Shown here: piece by piece, positions 39,281-49,240 of the stretch
Layout: each line of letters starts with the position of its first letter
Position numbering within the stretch: the first letter of the stretch is position 1
Assembly: GCA_963702005.1 (NCBI GenBank)
Contig: OY969696.1
Location: forward strand, 128,001-192,000
Direction of reading: 5' to 3'
Source of the DNA: Candidatus Aminicenantes bacterium
Lineage (GTDB): Bacteria > Acidobacteriota > Aminicenantia > Aminicenantales > JAFGBC01
Length of the DNA: 64,000 bases
Made by a program: the position numbers and the translations under genes
The notes under the pieces: generated by a model
Told to the model about the DNA's origin: nothing
Databases searched by the model: none
Seen by the model: only the letters and a program-made list of their open reading frames with translations

Positions 39281-39472
39281 TGTGCCCAAACTGTGCCCAA
39301 ACCGCGTCTAAAATATCGAAAAACATCAAAGACTATCGAACTCCATCGAAACCTGATTCAGGAGCTAAAATGCAGATTTTCATGAAATAGCCTTATTTTC
39401 CAGGTGTGGGCTTTTTCCGTAGCCGCCTACACACGGTAGGAGTCACAGGTTCAAATCCTGTATCGCCCACCA
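39281..39472 (+). repeat. att-like site 1: arm repeats plus the 3' half of tRNA-Val(CAC)
   Basis: TGTGCCCAAA x2 at 39281; cacacggtaggagtcacaggttcaaatcctgtatcgcccacca at 39430-39472; no tRNA 5' half. Confidence 0.85.
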
Positions 39473-39659
39473 TATTCTTTTCAACCACTTGCACGATCCC
39501 GCGTCCCGGTAAAACGACGGGTGTGGCCCCTCCGTCATGATTGCCGGGATTGAATTGCGATGCGGGTGACACGCACCAGAAATCAATATTCAGCCGCCAG
39601 CGCTGCTCCCTCCTTCCCTTTTTCCCCTCTTTGTGCCTAACTTATTTCTTAAGCTGCTT

Positions 39660-39971
39660 CTATAATTTTACTTCACTAATCTGAATCGAGGGCTGGATGT
39701 CGGTGAAGTTTGGAATATCTCCCATAATCGCTTGGGCGTGCGGGCCAAAGGCAGTTTGAAATGACTCTACCGAATCGAAATATAGATGAAACATGACGAG
39801 ATAGGTTGCCCGTGATCCAGGCTCTGCGCCCCCCAGTCCCTGTTCTACGGCCACACGCTTAAACGCAGCCCCTAACTTTTGTTGGATCATGGGGATGTGC
39901 TCATTAAAATAGTACCCCATATCAAATTTTTTGCCTTCTTCATTCGGATAAAACACACTGACTTTGATCAC
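39660..39971 (-). CDS. EthD-family protein
   Basis: IKVSVFYPN...FDMGYY...HIPM...GDIPNFTDIQP; AGGAGG RBS before GTG 39971. Confidence 0.85.
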   Translation of the reverse strand: MIKVSVFYPNEEGKKFDMGYYFNEHIPMIQQKLGAAFKRVAVEQGLGGAEPGSRATYLVMFHLYFDSVESFQTAFGPHAQAIMGDIPNFTDIQPSIQISEVKL

Positions 39972-39987
39972 TTGTCTGTCCTCCTTC

Positions 39988-42900
39988 TTAAGAAAGATCC
40001 TCAAGGAGCGCCTTCGCCCCGATAAGATCGGGAGTGGCGAACCCTTCCGTGAACCAAGAATAAACCTCTTCCAGATTCTTTCTGGCCTCTTCTCGTTTTC
40101 CTTGTCTTTGCCACAAGCGGCTCAAACTCATCACGGCCCTGAGCTCCCATGACTTGGCCAACCGTAGGCGAGAGATCTCAATAGCCTGCTTGAAATACTT
40201 CTCAACTTCTTTCTCGGGCTCACCCCGCATCCGCAATAATTCACCCTTGAGCCGATAGAGCTCGGCTTCCATGTATCTCTCATCATATTTCTCGACGGCT
40301 TCAAAGGCCCAGTCCACGGCAGAAAGACCTTCCTCCAGATCTCCTGCTTTTCGGCAGGCTTCAGCGATCCTCGCCCTCAGACGCGAGAAACAGGTCATGG
40401 TCCCCGTCGCTTCCATGATCGACAAGCTTTGACGCATTTGGGCTATTCCTTCTTTGACCTTTCCCTCGAGAACGGCTCTCTCTCCGCGATAAAAATAGCC
40501 ATGCGCTGCTACGAGTATGAATCCATTTTTCTCGCAGAACGGAACAAGTTCTTCCGTATCCTTGTCGATCCGTGGAAAATTGCCGAGGAACCAATTCAGC
40601 TCGCACGCCGTGAGCAGGGCAAAAGCCAGCGAGTGCGGATGACCTAATTTTCGAGCGATGCTCACCGCTTCATCAAGTTGTCGGAGAGCTTGGTCGGGAT
40701 AGCCAATAATCCACTGCGCCCAAGACCCTAAACCCAGATTGAATACTCCGATATCATAGCCGAAGAGATAAGCCATGAAGCCGAATTTTTCCGGGTCATA
40801 GTTAGCTTTCCAATGTCTGAGGTTTTCCACGCTCTGGACAAGTTCTCCCACATTGAGCAATTCCCAGACGTCGGAATAGTGGGAGATAGCCTCGAGCATC
40901 GGGTTCTTTGACTGTTCGGCTATTGGAATCAACTGCTCTATCATTTTCAGCGATTCTCTGTACTGGGCCGTAGATACATAGTATGTGGCAAGCTGAACGA
41001 GCGCGTAAAACCGCTGAAGTGGATCACCCAATCGATCACTAAGCTCTCTGGCTCGAACGACGACTTGGCCCAATTCCGGAGCACCAAAGCCCTTCGTGGA
41101 CATGAGCGGAACGGCCAGGGCGAGCCGTAAAGCAAGCTCCTGTTGATCACGCTGAGGCGTTTCCGGAAGCTTTTGAAGAAGTCCCAGAGCTTTATGGTAG
41201 TGGGCAATCGCCGCCTCGCCGGCGGACAGCCGGACAGCTTTGTTTCCTGCTTTGTGAAAATAGTCTATGGCCTTCGGCATTATTCCCGCCTCCAGGAAGT
41301 GCCTCGCCAGTTGCACGGCAATCTCTTCAGTCTGCTCTCCGTAAAGGGCTTCTAAAATATTTCCTACTTCTTCGTGAAGTTGCGCTCTCTCCACCTTATC
41401 GAGGCTGTTATAAAGATATCTCTGGAACAGGATGTGCCGGAAAAGATACGAGGATAAGCGCTGTTTTTCGAGCTGCCGGATGCCTTTGGCAGACACCAGA
41501 TGATGCCGTTTATCCAGCTCCCTGCTTAAAAGCTTGATCAGCTCTCGGACCTCTTCTTTCTGGATCCGGGCAACCACCTCGGCCGTAAATTCTTCGCCTT
41601 CGACACTGGCGATCATTAAAATCTCCCGCAATTTTTCATTGAGCCTTTGAACACGCTCTTCAATGACGGCGTCCACGCGCGCCGGGAGCACGTTCCAATC
41701 CAAGGCTGGGCCCTCCATCCATCGGCCGTCCTTATCCCTGACCAAAGCCCCGCGTTCCTCCATGTCCTTCAGCAATTCAACCGTAAAGAGAGGATGTCCT
41801 TTGGTCTGGCTATAGAGCGTCTCCCGGAATTTAGGGCCTAGCCGGTTGGGCTCCGTATCAATATAATCATCCACGAATCGACGGGCTTCCGTTTTTCCAA
41901 CTTCGATCTCAATCTCCCCAAAATCCCGTTTGAGTTCATGAAGAATAGGCTCGAGGGGATGGCGCTCCACTCCCCGGCCCAGAGCAACCTCTGCCGGCCG
42001 CAAAGCCCCGACGATAAGGATCCGGTTCCCCTGAATCCGGCGGCCCAGATGAAAGAGCAAGCTTGCCGAGCCGGGATCGACCCACTGGAGGTCGTCTAGA
42101 ATAAGAAGCAGCGGCTTTTCTTTGGCCAGATCTTGCAGCACTCTGGTGTATTGTTCTAGCAGATTGCTCTGCTGGAGCATCAGATCCGGAGGGAGTGAGG
42201 ACTTTCGCTCCACGAGCTTCTTCAAGCCGGCCAGCCAATATGTCATTCGTGATGAGAAAGCTTCGCTTCGGGATGCCAAGGCTGCTCCGGGGATAAAAAT
42301 ATTGACCAAATCCAGGCCGTTATCCAATAAGGCTTTGACAGAAAGAGGCAGAAGATTCCACAGCCGAAGAGCGTGTTCTCTGGACATGACGCCAGCCGTC
42401 CATTTTGATTCAACGTCTCCGGTCAAAAGACTCAATATCTCGATGAACGGCAGGTAAGGATCTCCGATTCCGGCGTGGGCGTTGCATTTGCCCGAGGCGA
42501 CAATAAGTTCAGGATATGTCTCTTGGACACGCTGGGCAAACTCCTGGACTAAGGCTGTTTTCCCGCTGCCCGCTTCGCCGAGCAGGAAGACCACTTGTCC
42601 CTTGCCGCTAAGGGCGGCCTCGAGTTTCTGATACAGTTTACCCAATTCTTGTTCTCGGGCCACAAAGACCGATCGCTTTAGCGGAGCCTCTTCCACGCCC
42701 TCGCTAAGAAAAGCCGGAATCTTAGGTTTCAGGGCACCCGCTGCCGTCGGTAAACCCTCTTCCAGGCATCTAAATTCCGCCAGCAATTCCTCCGCCGTCT
42801 GGTATCTCTTCTCCCGATCCTTTTCCAGGCATTTCAGGATGACCGTGGTGAGTTCTTCAGAGAGCTGGGGATTGATCTCCTTAGGGCTCAGAGGGAGTTC

Positions 42901-43704
42901 AGCCTTGTGCTTCATGGCGATGATCAAGGCCGTATCGCCCTCAAAGGGAACTCGCCCCGTCACCATTTCATAGAGCGTGGCTCCCAGAGCATAAATGTCC
43001 GATCGCGCGTCCGCTTCCATCCCCCCCACTTGTTCGGGGGACATGTAGTCAGGGGTCCCGATGATCACTCCGGCTTCCGTTACACCTTTGGCGGCCAGTG
43101 ACCGGGCGATGCCAAAGTCCATAATGCGGATATTTCCGTTTTTCTCGATCATGATGTTTTGCGGCTTCAGATCACGATGAACGACACCCAGTCGGTGCGC
43201 CTCCATCAGTCCCTCGCAGACCTTCACGGCTATTGGCACCGCTTCACCTTCAGGCAACCGGCCTGTTCTCGTGATAACGGTCTTTAAATCCTCTCCCGGC
43301 ACATATTCCATTGTGATGAAATAGGTGTCATTTTCCCTGTTGATATCATGCATCCGGCAGACGTTCCGGTGGGTGATCCTGCGTGCGTATTTAAGCTCGT
43401 TCCGGAATCGTTCGATCGTCTTTTCGTCGGAGGCAATTTCAGGGTTCAGGAGCTTGAGGGCCACCTCCTCCTGAATCTCTTTATCTAACACCCTGTAAAC
43501 TTTCCCCATGCCGCCGTGACCGAGTTCTTCGATCACCTCGTATCTTCCCGCGTAGAGGCTCCCTTGGGCAAGCCCGCTGAGAGAAACCTGAAGAGTCCTG
43601 GTGGCGGAAAACGGCTTCTTTTCAGAAAGGGAGAAATCGAACCCGCAGTTTCCGCATAAGCGGGAATCGGAGGGATTCTCAAAGAGACATTTTGGACATT
43701 TCAT
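39988..43704 (-). CDS. Zn-ribbon Ser/Thr protein kinase fused to an AAA ATPase and TPR repeats
   Basis: CPKC..CGNC, LGHGGMG, VALK, HRDLKPQN, DFG, GEAGSGKT, LDDLQW, TPR tail. Confidence 0.9.
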   Translation of the reverse strand: MKCPKCLFENPSDSRLCGNCGFDFSLSEKKPFSATRTLQVSLSGLAQGSLYAGRYEVIEELGHGGMGKVYRVLDKEIQEEVALKLLNPEIASDEKTIERFRNELKYARRITHRNVCRMHDINRENDTYFITMEYVPGEDLKTVITRTGRLPEGEAVPIAVKVCEGLMEAHRLGVVHRDLKPQNIMIEKNGNIRIMDFGIARSLAAKGVTEAGVIIGTPDYMSPEQVGGMEADARSDIYALGATLYEMVTGRVPFEGDTALIIAMKHKAELPLSPKEINPQLSEELTTVILKCLEKDREKRYQTAEELLAEFRCLEEGLPTAAGALKPKIPAFLSEGVEEAPLKRSVFVAREQELGKLYQKLEAALSGKGQVVFLLGEAGSGKTALVQEFAQRVQETYPELIVASGKCNAHAGIGDPYLPFIEILSLLTGDVESKWTAGVMSREHALRLWNLLPLSVKALLDNGLDLVNIFIPGAALASRSEAFSSRMTYWLAGLKKLVERKSSLPPDLMLQQSNLLEQYTRVLQDLAKEKPLLLILDDLQWVDPGSASLLFHLGRRIQGNRILIVGALRPAEVALGRGVERHPLEPILHELKRDFGEIEIEVGKTEARRFVDDYIDTEPNRLGPKFRETLYSQTKGHPLFTVELLKDMEERGALVRDKDGRWMEGPALDWNVLPARVDAVIEERVQRLNEKLREILMIASVEGEEFTAEVVARIQKEEVRELIKLLSRELDKRHHLVSAKGIRQLEKQRLSSYLFRHILFQRYLYNSLDKVERAQLHEEVGNILEALYGEQTEEIAVQLARHFLEAGIMPKAIDYFHKAGNKAVRLSAGEAAIAHYHKALGLLQKLPETPQRDQQELALRLALAVPLMSTKGFGAPELGQVVVRARELSDRLGDPLQRFYALVQLATYYVSTAQYRESLKMIEQLIPIAEQSKNPMLEAISHYSDVWELLNVGELVQSVENLRHWKANYDPEKFGFMAYLFGYDIGVFNLGLGSWAQWIIGYPDQALRQLDEAVSIARKLGHPHSLAFALLTACELNWFLGNFPRIDKDTEELVPFCEKNGFILVAAHGYFYRGERAVLEGKVKEGIAQMRQSLSIMEATGTMTCFSRLRARIAEACRKAGDLEEGLSAVDWAFEAVEKYDERYMEAELYRLKGELLRMRGEPEKEVEKYFKQAIEISRLRLAKSWELRAVMSLSRLWQRQGKREEARKNLEEVYSWFTEGFATPDLIGAKALLEDLS

Positions 43705-43749
43705 GGCCCTCGCCTCCTTTATCTGAGGTATAAAAACCTGGTTATCAAG

Positions 43750-43969
43750 TGACCAGCCCCCCATCAATGCACCAGCCCTTGAGTGAATTTTTCGACCATA
43801 AAGGCCTCTGGAGCCGGCGGCCTGTAGCCTAAGAAGATGTGCGGCCTTAAGCGATTGTATGTCTTTCTCCAGCCCTCCACAAGGACCTTCGCTTCGGCCA
43901 ACGTGTCCAGCACCTCCCCGTTGAGAAGCTCATCCCGGAGCTTCCCGATGAAGGACTCGACGTAGCCAT
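43750..43969 (-). mobile_element. IS3-family remnant (transposase C-terminus plus right end)
   Basis: GYVESFIGKLRDELLNGE...YNRLRPH..LGYRPPAP, ending ...GGGGGCTGGTCA. Confidence 0.8.
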
Positions 43970-44031
43970 AGTAGCCTTAACTTGGTATCTTGCTTCTCCT
44001 GGAACCTTCCAACCTTCCTGTCGTTTACGTT

Positions 44032-44214
44032 TGTGCCCAAAATACGTCAGGAATATCGAAACATATCTAAAGATATCGAACTCCTTCGAAATCCTGGCGC
44101 CCCTGACAAACAAGCCTATTATAGGGGAAATTCCTTATTTTCTGCACGTTAGCTTTTTCCGCTGCTTCCTACACACGGTAGAAGTCAGAGGTTCAAATCC
44201 TCTATCGCCCACCA
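44032..44214 (+). repeat. att-like site 2: arm plus tRNA-Val 3' half
   Basis: TGTGCCCAAAA at 44032; cacacggtagaagtcagaggttcaaatcctctatcgcccacca at 44172-44214. Confidence 0.85.
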
Positions 44215-44440
44215 ACCTTATTCCGAAACGATACCATTATCTGGATTCGCCTTGATTACTCAAGGGGGATAAGGGGGGGGTAATATAGCTAAGGATAAAT
44301 CTTGGGGGAATTACGGATTCTTTTGCAGACACTGACATGATTGCTGGCCTCCCCTGATTAGTCAGGACAAGTAGGTGGGATTAATAGTTTAAATAAAAGT
44401 CTTGGAAGTGTCCCGGACATACCATGGCCGCGGATTCCCC

Positions 44441-46939
44441 CTATTTCTTTTTATCCAGGGGGAGGCCTATGCGGCGCAGCAAGGCCTGGTAGCGCGGGTC
44501 GCCGCGCAGGGGGTCCCAGAAAGGCATGCCGATATAGGCTAACTCGGGATCGTGTGCGTCGTAGGCCTTATAGAACCAGTCGATGGTCCGGTCCTTGTCG
44601 CCGGCATCGAAATAACGCAGGGCGATGCCCACGGCGCTGTGATATTCGGACTTTTTATACCGTGCCGCCAGGACGTCGGCGATGCCCCGCTGCGCGCCCT
44701 CGTATCCGCCTTCCGCGAGGCCCCGCTCGAAAGCCGCCAGTCGTTCGGGGTCACGGGCGATCCTCAGTCTCTGGTCGGCCAGCTGCTCGTCGCGCATCCC
44801 CTTGACGATGTAATATCGCTGAATAGCGGTGAAGGCGATCCCCATATCGGGCCTAATGGAGAGTGCGGTGCGGGCGGCGGCGAGGCTGTCGTCATAGCGC
44901 CCGAGGTACTGCAGGACAATCGCGTGCATGCTGTGATACAGCGCGTTGAACGGGTCCAGCTTGAGCGCCCGCTCGATGTGCCGGATCGCCTCGCCCGCGC
45001 GTCCCCTGTGCGCCAGGAAGTGGGAGTAGTACGCGTGCGCGTTGGCGCCGTTGGGATTGAGCTCGAGGGCGCGCTTCCACTCCGGCTCGGCGTCGGCCCA
45101 GTCCCATTCGGACCACGTCATGACCGAGGCCAGGGCTTCGTGCGCCTCCGCGGAGTTGTCATCAAGAGCGAGGCATTGAAGCGCCGCCGCTTTGGCCTTG
45201 GGTCCGGCCTCACTGGCCGGTACGATTGCCATTTGTTGGCGGGCCAGCCAGACCCACGTCAAACCCTCATAAGCCGGGGCGTAGGATGGGTCCTTGACGA
45301 GCGCCTGCTCGAAGCAGCTCTGGGCGGCGTCTAAATCGGCCGGCTTCATCGTCTTCCAGAGGGAAGAGCCCTTGAGATAGGCGCTATAGGCCTCAGGATT
45401 GACCGTCCGGGCAAAGGCCAGGCGGGCCTGCTCGGCCGGGAGCAGCTTGACCGCCAGGGCTTTGGCCACGCTCTGCGCCACCTGGCCCTGCACCGTAAGG
45501 ATGCCCGAGAGATCGTGCTCGTACGTGTTGGCCCAGATCTGCGTCTGGTCGGTCACATGGATCAGCTCGGCGCTGATGCGGACGCGGTTCGCCTCACGCC
45601 GGGCGCTGCCCTCCAGGACGTATTCCACCCCCAGCTCGCGGCCGACCTGGTCGATCGGCGTTTCGGCCTTCTTGTAGCGCATGACCGAAGCGAGGGCGAT
45701 GACGTTTAGGGCCGCGGGATGGAGGCGCCCGAGCTGGGTGATCAACTCCTGCGTAACGCCGTCGGAGAGGACCTCTTGCTCCGGGTCGCCGGACAAGTTC
45801 ACGAACGGCAGCACCGCCAGCCTGATCGCGGGCTCGGCGCGGCCTTTCCTTCCGAAAACCCGATCACGAAAGCCTCCGATGTTGAGGCCGAAGAGGATGA
45901 GGCTGACCGCCAAGGAGGCACGAAGCAGATAAAGTAAATTCCGTCCGAATGCTTTTCCCCTTATCCTTCGCTTGGCCTTGAGCGGCTTGAGTCCTTGGGC
46001 GACGGCCTCGAGGTCCTCCCGAAACTCCTCCATGGTCTGGTAGCGTTGAGCGGGATCCTTAGCCAAAGCTTGGAAGACAATCCGTTCAAGTCCGGGCGGA
46101 AGGCCAGGCCGTGTTTTGCCCAGCGGCTTCGGCTCCCGGTGGAGGATTGCATGGATGACCGTCTGGTCATGATCGCCCTTGAACGGCAGCTCGCCGGCGA
46201 GCATCTCATAAAGCACGACGCCGAGGGACCAGATGTCGGTCCGGCTGTCCAGATCCTCGCCTCGGGCCTGCTCCGGCGACATGTAGGCAACCGTGCCCAG
46301 CGTTGTCTGGGTTTTGGTGAGCGAACTCCCGCCCCGCAGCTTAGCCAGCCCGAAGTCCATCACCTTGGCCTGGCCCTTCTCCGTGACCATGATATTGGCG
46401 CTTTTGATGTCTCGGTGGATGATGCCCTTGACGTGGGCCGCTCCCAGTCCGGCCGCGACCTGGCTGACGATGTCAAGGGCCTCGTCCGGCTTCAGTGGCC
46501 CCCTCTTGATCCTGTCCCGAAGCGTCTCGCCTTCCACATACTCCATGGCGATGTAGGGCCGGTCCTCGCCCTCCCCGACCTCATGGATGACGCAGATGTT
46601 CGGGTGGGAGAGGGCCGCGGCCGCCTGGGCCTCGATGAGGAATCGTTCCCTGAGCTCGACGGAATCCGCCAGTTGCGGCGGAAGGAACTTCAGGGCCACA
46701 ACGCGCTTGAGCCTGATATCTTCAGCCCTAAAGACGACCCCCATCCCGCCCCGCCCGATTTCTTCAACGATCCTGTACTTTCCGGCGATGAGGCTGTCTT
46801 TCGAGATGATGGGAAGAGGGGTAACCAGGGTTTTTGTCAGGGAGGACGGCTCAGGCCCCGCCTCTCCAAGGGGCGTCGCGCAATTGCCGCAGAACCGCGA
46901 GTGTTCCTTGTTCTCGGAATGACATTTCGGGCATTCCAT
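44441..46939 (-). CDS. Zn-ribbon Ser/Thr protein kinase with TolB-like and TPR domains
   Basis: CPKC..CGNC, IGRGGMG, HRDIKSAN, DFG, LAVLPFVNLSGDPEQE, TPRs. Confidence 0.9.
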   Translation of the reverse strand: MECPKCHSENKEHSRFCGNCATPLGEAGPEPSSLTKTLVTPLPIISKDSLIAGKYRIVEEIGRGGMGVVFRAEDIRLKRVVALKFLPPQLADSVELRERFLIEAQAAAALSHPNICVIHEVGEGEDRPYIAMEYVEGETLRDRIKRGPLKPDEALDIVSQVAAGLGAAHVKGIIHRDIKSANIMVTEKGQAKVMDFGLAKLRGGSSLTKTQTTLGTVAYMSPEQARGEDLDSRTDIWSLGVVLYEMLAGELPFKGDHDQTVIHAILHREPKPLGKTRPGLPPGLERIVFQALAKDPAQRYQTMEEFREDLEAVAQGLKPLKAKRRIRGKAFGRNLLYLLRASLAVSLILFGLNIGGFRDRVFGRKGRAEPAIRLAVLPFVNLSGDPEQEVLSDGVTQELITQLGRLHPAALNVIALASVMRYKKAETPIDQVGRELGVEYVLEGSARREANRVRISAELIHVTDQTQIWANTYEHDLSGILTVQGQVAQSVAKALAVKLLPAEQARLAFARTVNPEAYSAYLKGSSLWKTMKPADLDAAQSCFEQALVKDPSYAPAYEGLTWVWLARQQMAIVPASEAGPKAKAAALQCLALDDNSAEAHEALASVMTWSEWDWADAEPEWKRALELNPNGANAHAYYSHFLAHRGRAGEAIRHIERALKLDPFNALYHSMHAIVLQYLGRYDDSLAAARTALSIRPDMGIAFTAIQRYYIVKGMRDEQLADQRLRIARDPERLAAFERGLAEGGYEGAQRGIADVLAARYKKSEYHSAVGIALRYFDAGDKDRTIDWFYKAYDAHDPELAYIGMPFWDPLRGDPRYQALLRRIGLPLDKKK

Positions 46940-47016
46940 GACACCCTCACATTGCCGATGCCCGAATCGTATCACCGCCGGAGCGGCCGGTCAATCGAGA
47001 AACACGTTCTTTCGGC

Positions 47017-47209
47017 TGTACCCAAATCGTGCCCAAAAAATGTCAGAAATATCGAAGACTATCGAAAGATATCAAAATCCATCGAAATCCTGGAGCCCAT
47101 AAAACAGTCCTATTACAGAGGGAATCCCTTTATTATCTGCGCTTTAGGTTTTTCCACCGCTTCCTACACACGGTAGAAGTCAGAGGCTCAAATCTTCTAT
47201 CGCCCACCA
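47017..47209 (+). repeat. att-like site 3: arm plus tRNA-Val 3' half with two substitutions
   Basis: tgtacccaaatcgtgcccaaaa at 47017; cacacggtagaagtcagaggctcaaatcttctatcgcccacca at 47167-47209. Confidence 0.85.
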
Positions 47210-47381
47210 TCTTGTTATCAATAACTCGCCTGATTCCTTTATCGGGCAAAATCGCGGTCGTGCCTAAATCCGAACCAGCGAGCCGTTCTGCTTCTCCTTT
47301 CTGCCGTTAGCGTCCGACTCTGGGGAGAGGAAGTTCCCGTAATTCCTCATGTCTTTGGCAACGCCGCCTTGTCACGGTTAG

Positions 47382-48848
47382 TTAAACCTTAAACTCATTC
47401 AACCAAGTAATGAACTCCGCCCATTTTTTTCGCCAAAACTCTAAAGCTCTCTCTTTTTCCTCGGGATCCATAGCCGAGTAGATGAGTGAGTTCATCGCCA
47501 ACTGCTTAAGGCATTTCAAATCCAATTCCCACGCCATGAACGCAGCGTAGAAATCATAAGAAAACGTGCATTTCCATATGCCTGGATCATCGGGACAAAT
47601 GACAACTGGCAGGCCGCTGTTGATATAGAGCACAGCGGGGTGATTGCGAAGATCGGCGACATAACCGAGAACTTGGTTGCTGATTGGACAGACCTCAATG
47701 GCGATACCCCGTTCTTTCACCATTTGCATGAGGAGAGGATGCTTGAAAAGCGCGATACCATGGCCTATCCGCCTGGCATCAAGGAGAATGGCATCTAGAA
47801 CATTTTCGTTTTCCGTCCAGTTGCTTTCGCCGGAATGAATGTATAGGGGCAAGCTGAGATTGCGCTGTTCCGCCTTATGGCCTGCTTCAATAAGTTCATT
47901 GATAAAATAAAGATTCGTATGGCATTTGTCCTCTTCCTCCATCAGATCATAACCAATAATAAGACCTGGGTTTGCCGCTCGTTGATCCAGGGCTTGACTC
48001 AAGTTCTCGGCGATTCGCTCCCGGGGAGCGGAGCGGGGAGAGGAAAATATGTATTTGACCTTAAATTCCGGATGGTCGCGCTGTATCTCCTTTATGATTT
48101 CCTGACTCCCTAGGTCACCCCGGGTCTCGACATACTGCACGTTTTCCGTGATCAAATCTCCAAGCATTTTGCGGCAAAAGCCACTCCAGATCTCATTACT
48201 GAATAGGCCCATAGACCTAGCGAAACATTTTCTGAATTCAGCCCAGATATCCGGCTGGCCAAGATCTTCTTCACCGAGAGTTACAGCTTGGTAGAGCTCT
48301 TCATCAAATTCCTCAACATTATCTGCGGCTTTGCGGAGGTCGCTGACGAGGCGCCAGCCTTCTCCAGGCGGTTCCCTAGAGATCCTCATGGACCCTTTGC
48401 GAGGCGGTTCCTCCTCTCCTTGGTAAATATAACAGTTCTGCAGATAAGTCGCATGCTTAACAAGCCAGTGGAAGTCTCCCATGGCAAAACCGTGGCCATG
48501 AAGAATTCCCCCTTTAGGCATGCGCTTCATGATTTTCAGTATGGAAGATTGGTCGATCAGTTGTCTTGTTTTGTATTTCAGAAAACTATGTGCTGGGGGA
48601 AAATATTCATGAGTTCGTTCTATTTCCTCCTGCTTGAGCAACATCAGCCGACGGTTCGCCTCCTCCTCTTCGGGCACAAGCTTGATTCCGGCATCGATTC
48701 TCATCGCCAGCTCGGCCTGAATCACTCGTTTTCTCACTTTCATATAATCATCGACATCTTCATAACGCCTTTGAACAAAACTATCCTTCTGTTGTAGAAA
48801 TCCGCAAAAGAAAAGCGAACATACGAAAAATATAAAACCGCGTTTCAT
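47382..48848 (-). CDS. Adenosine deaminase, ADA2/ADGF-like, with a probable signal peptide
   Basis: MPKGGILHGH, GYDLMEEED, HSGES, RRIGHG, EVCPISNQVL, LRNHP, PDDP. Confidence 0.85.
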   Translation of the reverse strand: MKRGFIFFVCSLFFCGFLQQKDSFVQRRYEDVDDYMKVRKRVIQAELAMRIDAGIKLVPEEEEANRRLMLLKQEEIERTHEYFPPAHSFLKYKTRQLIDQSSILKIMKRMPKGGILHGHGFAMGDFHWLVKHATYLQNCYIYQGEEEPPRKGSMRISREPPGEGWRLVSDLRKAADNVEEFDEELYQAVTLGEEDLGQPDIWAEFRKCFARSMGLFSNEIWSGFCRKMLGDLITENVQYVETRGDLGSQEIIKEIQRDHPEFKVKYIFSSPRSAPRERIAENLSQALDQRAANPGLIIGYDLMEEEDKCHTNLYFINELIEAGHKAEQRNLSLPLYIHSGESNWTENENVLDAILLDARRIGHGIALFKHPLLMQMVKERGIAIEVCPISNQVLGYVADLRNHPAVLYINSGLPVVICPDDPGIWKCTFSYDFYAAFMAWELDLKCLKQLAMNSLIYSAMDPEEKERALEFWRKKWAEFITWLNEFKV

Positions 48849-49040
48849 AATTCTACCTCCTTTCATTGCATCTCAGATGGATCAAAGAGGAATTCATGGT
48901 TAGCGGATTAAGTTCCTATAACAATTATCACCACGGGAAATGGGATGTCAATTGAATGGAAAAGCAGATCTCCCGCTCCAAGTGACCATGTGTCACAGGA
49001 TATACAGATTTTGCTTAGAATCGCTTCTAGATTGACAAGT

Positions 49041-49200
49041 TGTGCCCAAACTGCGCCCAAAAATATCAAAAAAGATCGAGAGCCAAAGAGCCCTAAAAAA
49101 TCATTATTTACAACGAAAACCCCTTATTTTCTGCGCTTTCTCTTCAGGCGTGGCTTCCTTCACACGGTAGAAGTCAGAGGTTCAAATCCTCTATCGCCCA
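49041..49200 (+). repeat. att-like site 4: arm plus tRNA-Val 3' half lacking CCA
   Basis: tgtgcccaaactgcgcccaaaa at 49041; ttcacacggtagaagtcagaggttcaaatcctctatcgccca at 49159-49200. Confidence 0.85.
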
Positions 49201-49240
49201 TCCTCTTCTTTTAAAACTAATTTGAAATGAAGAAGTTAGG

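Larger units (their letters stand above)
1247..39472. mobile_element. Large mosaic integrated element/genomic island ending at an attR-like tRNA-Val fragment; left boundary not determined and may lie outside the window
   Basis: Two tyrosine recombinases, Cdc6, HerA-like ATPase, RadC, Xis-like gene near the att site, alternating AT-rich cargo and GC-rich backbone, tRNA 3' half at 39430-39472. Confidence 0.65.

Noticed and set aside
1247-39472. Prophage or complete conjugative element
   Set aside because: No capsid, terminase, tail, relaxase or mating-pair genes were recognised
44552-47176. Long plus-strand ORFs (260 aa, 393 aa)
   Set aside because: Antisense shadows of the GC-rich kinase gene
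39430-49200. Intact tRNA-Val genes
   Set aside because: Only the anticodon loop to 3' end is present; upstream DNA has no D arm or acceptor 5' strand
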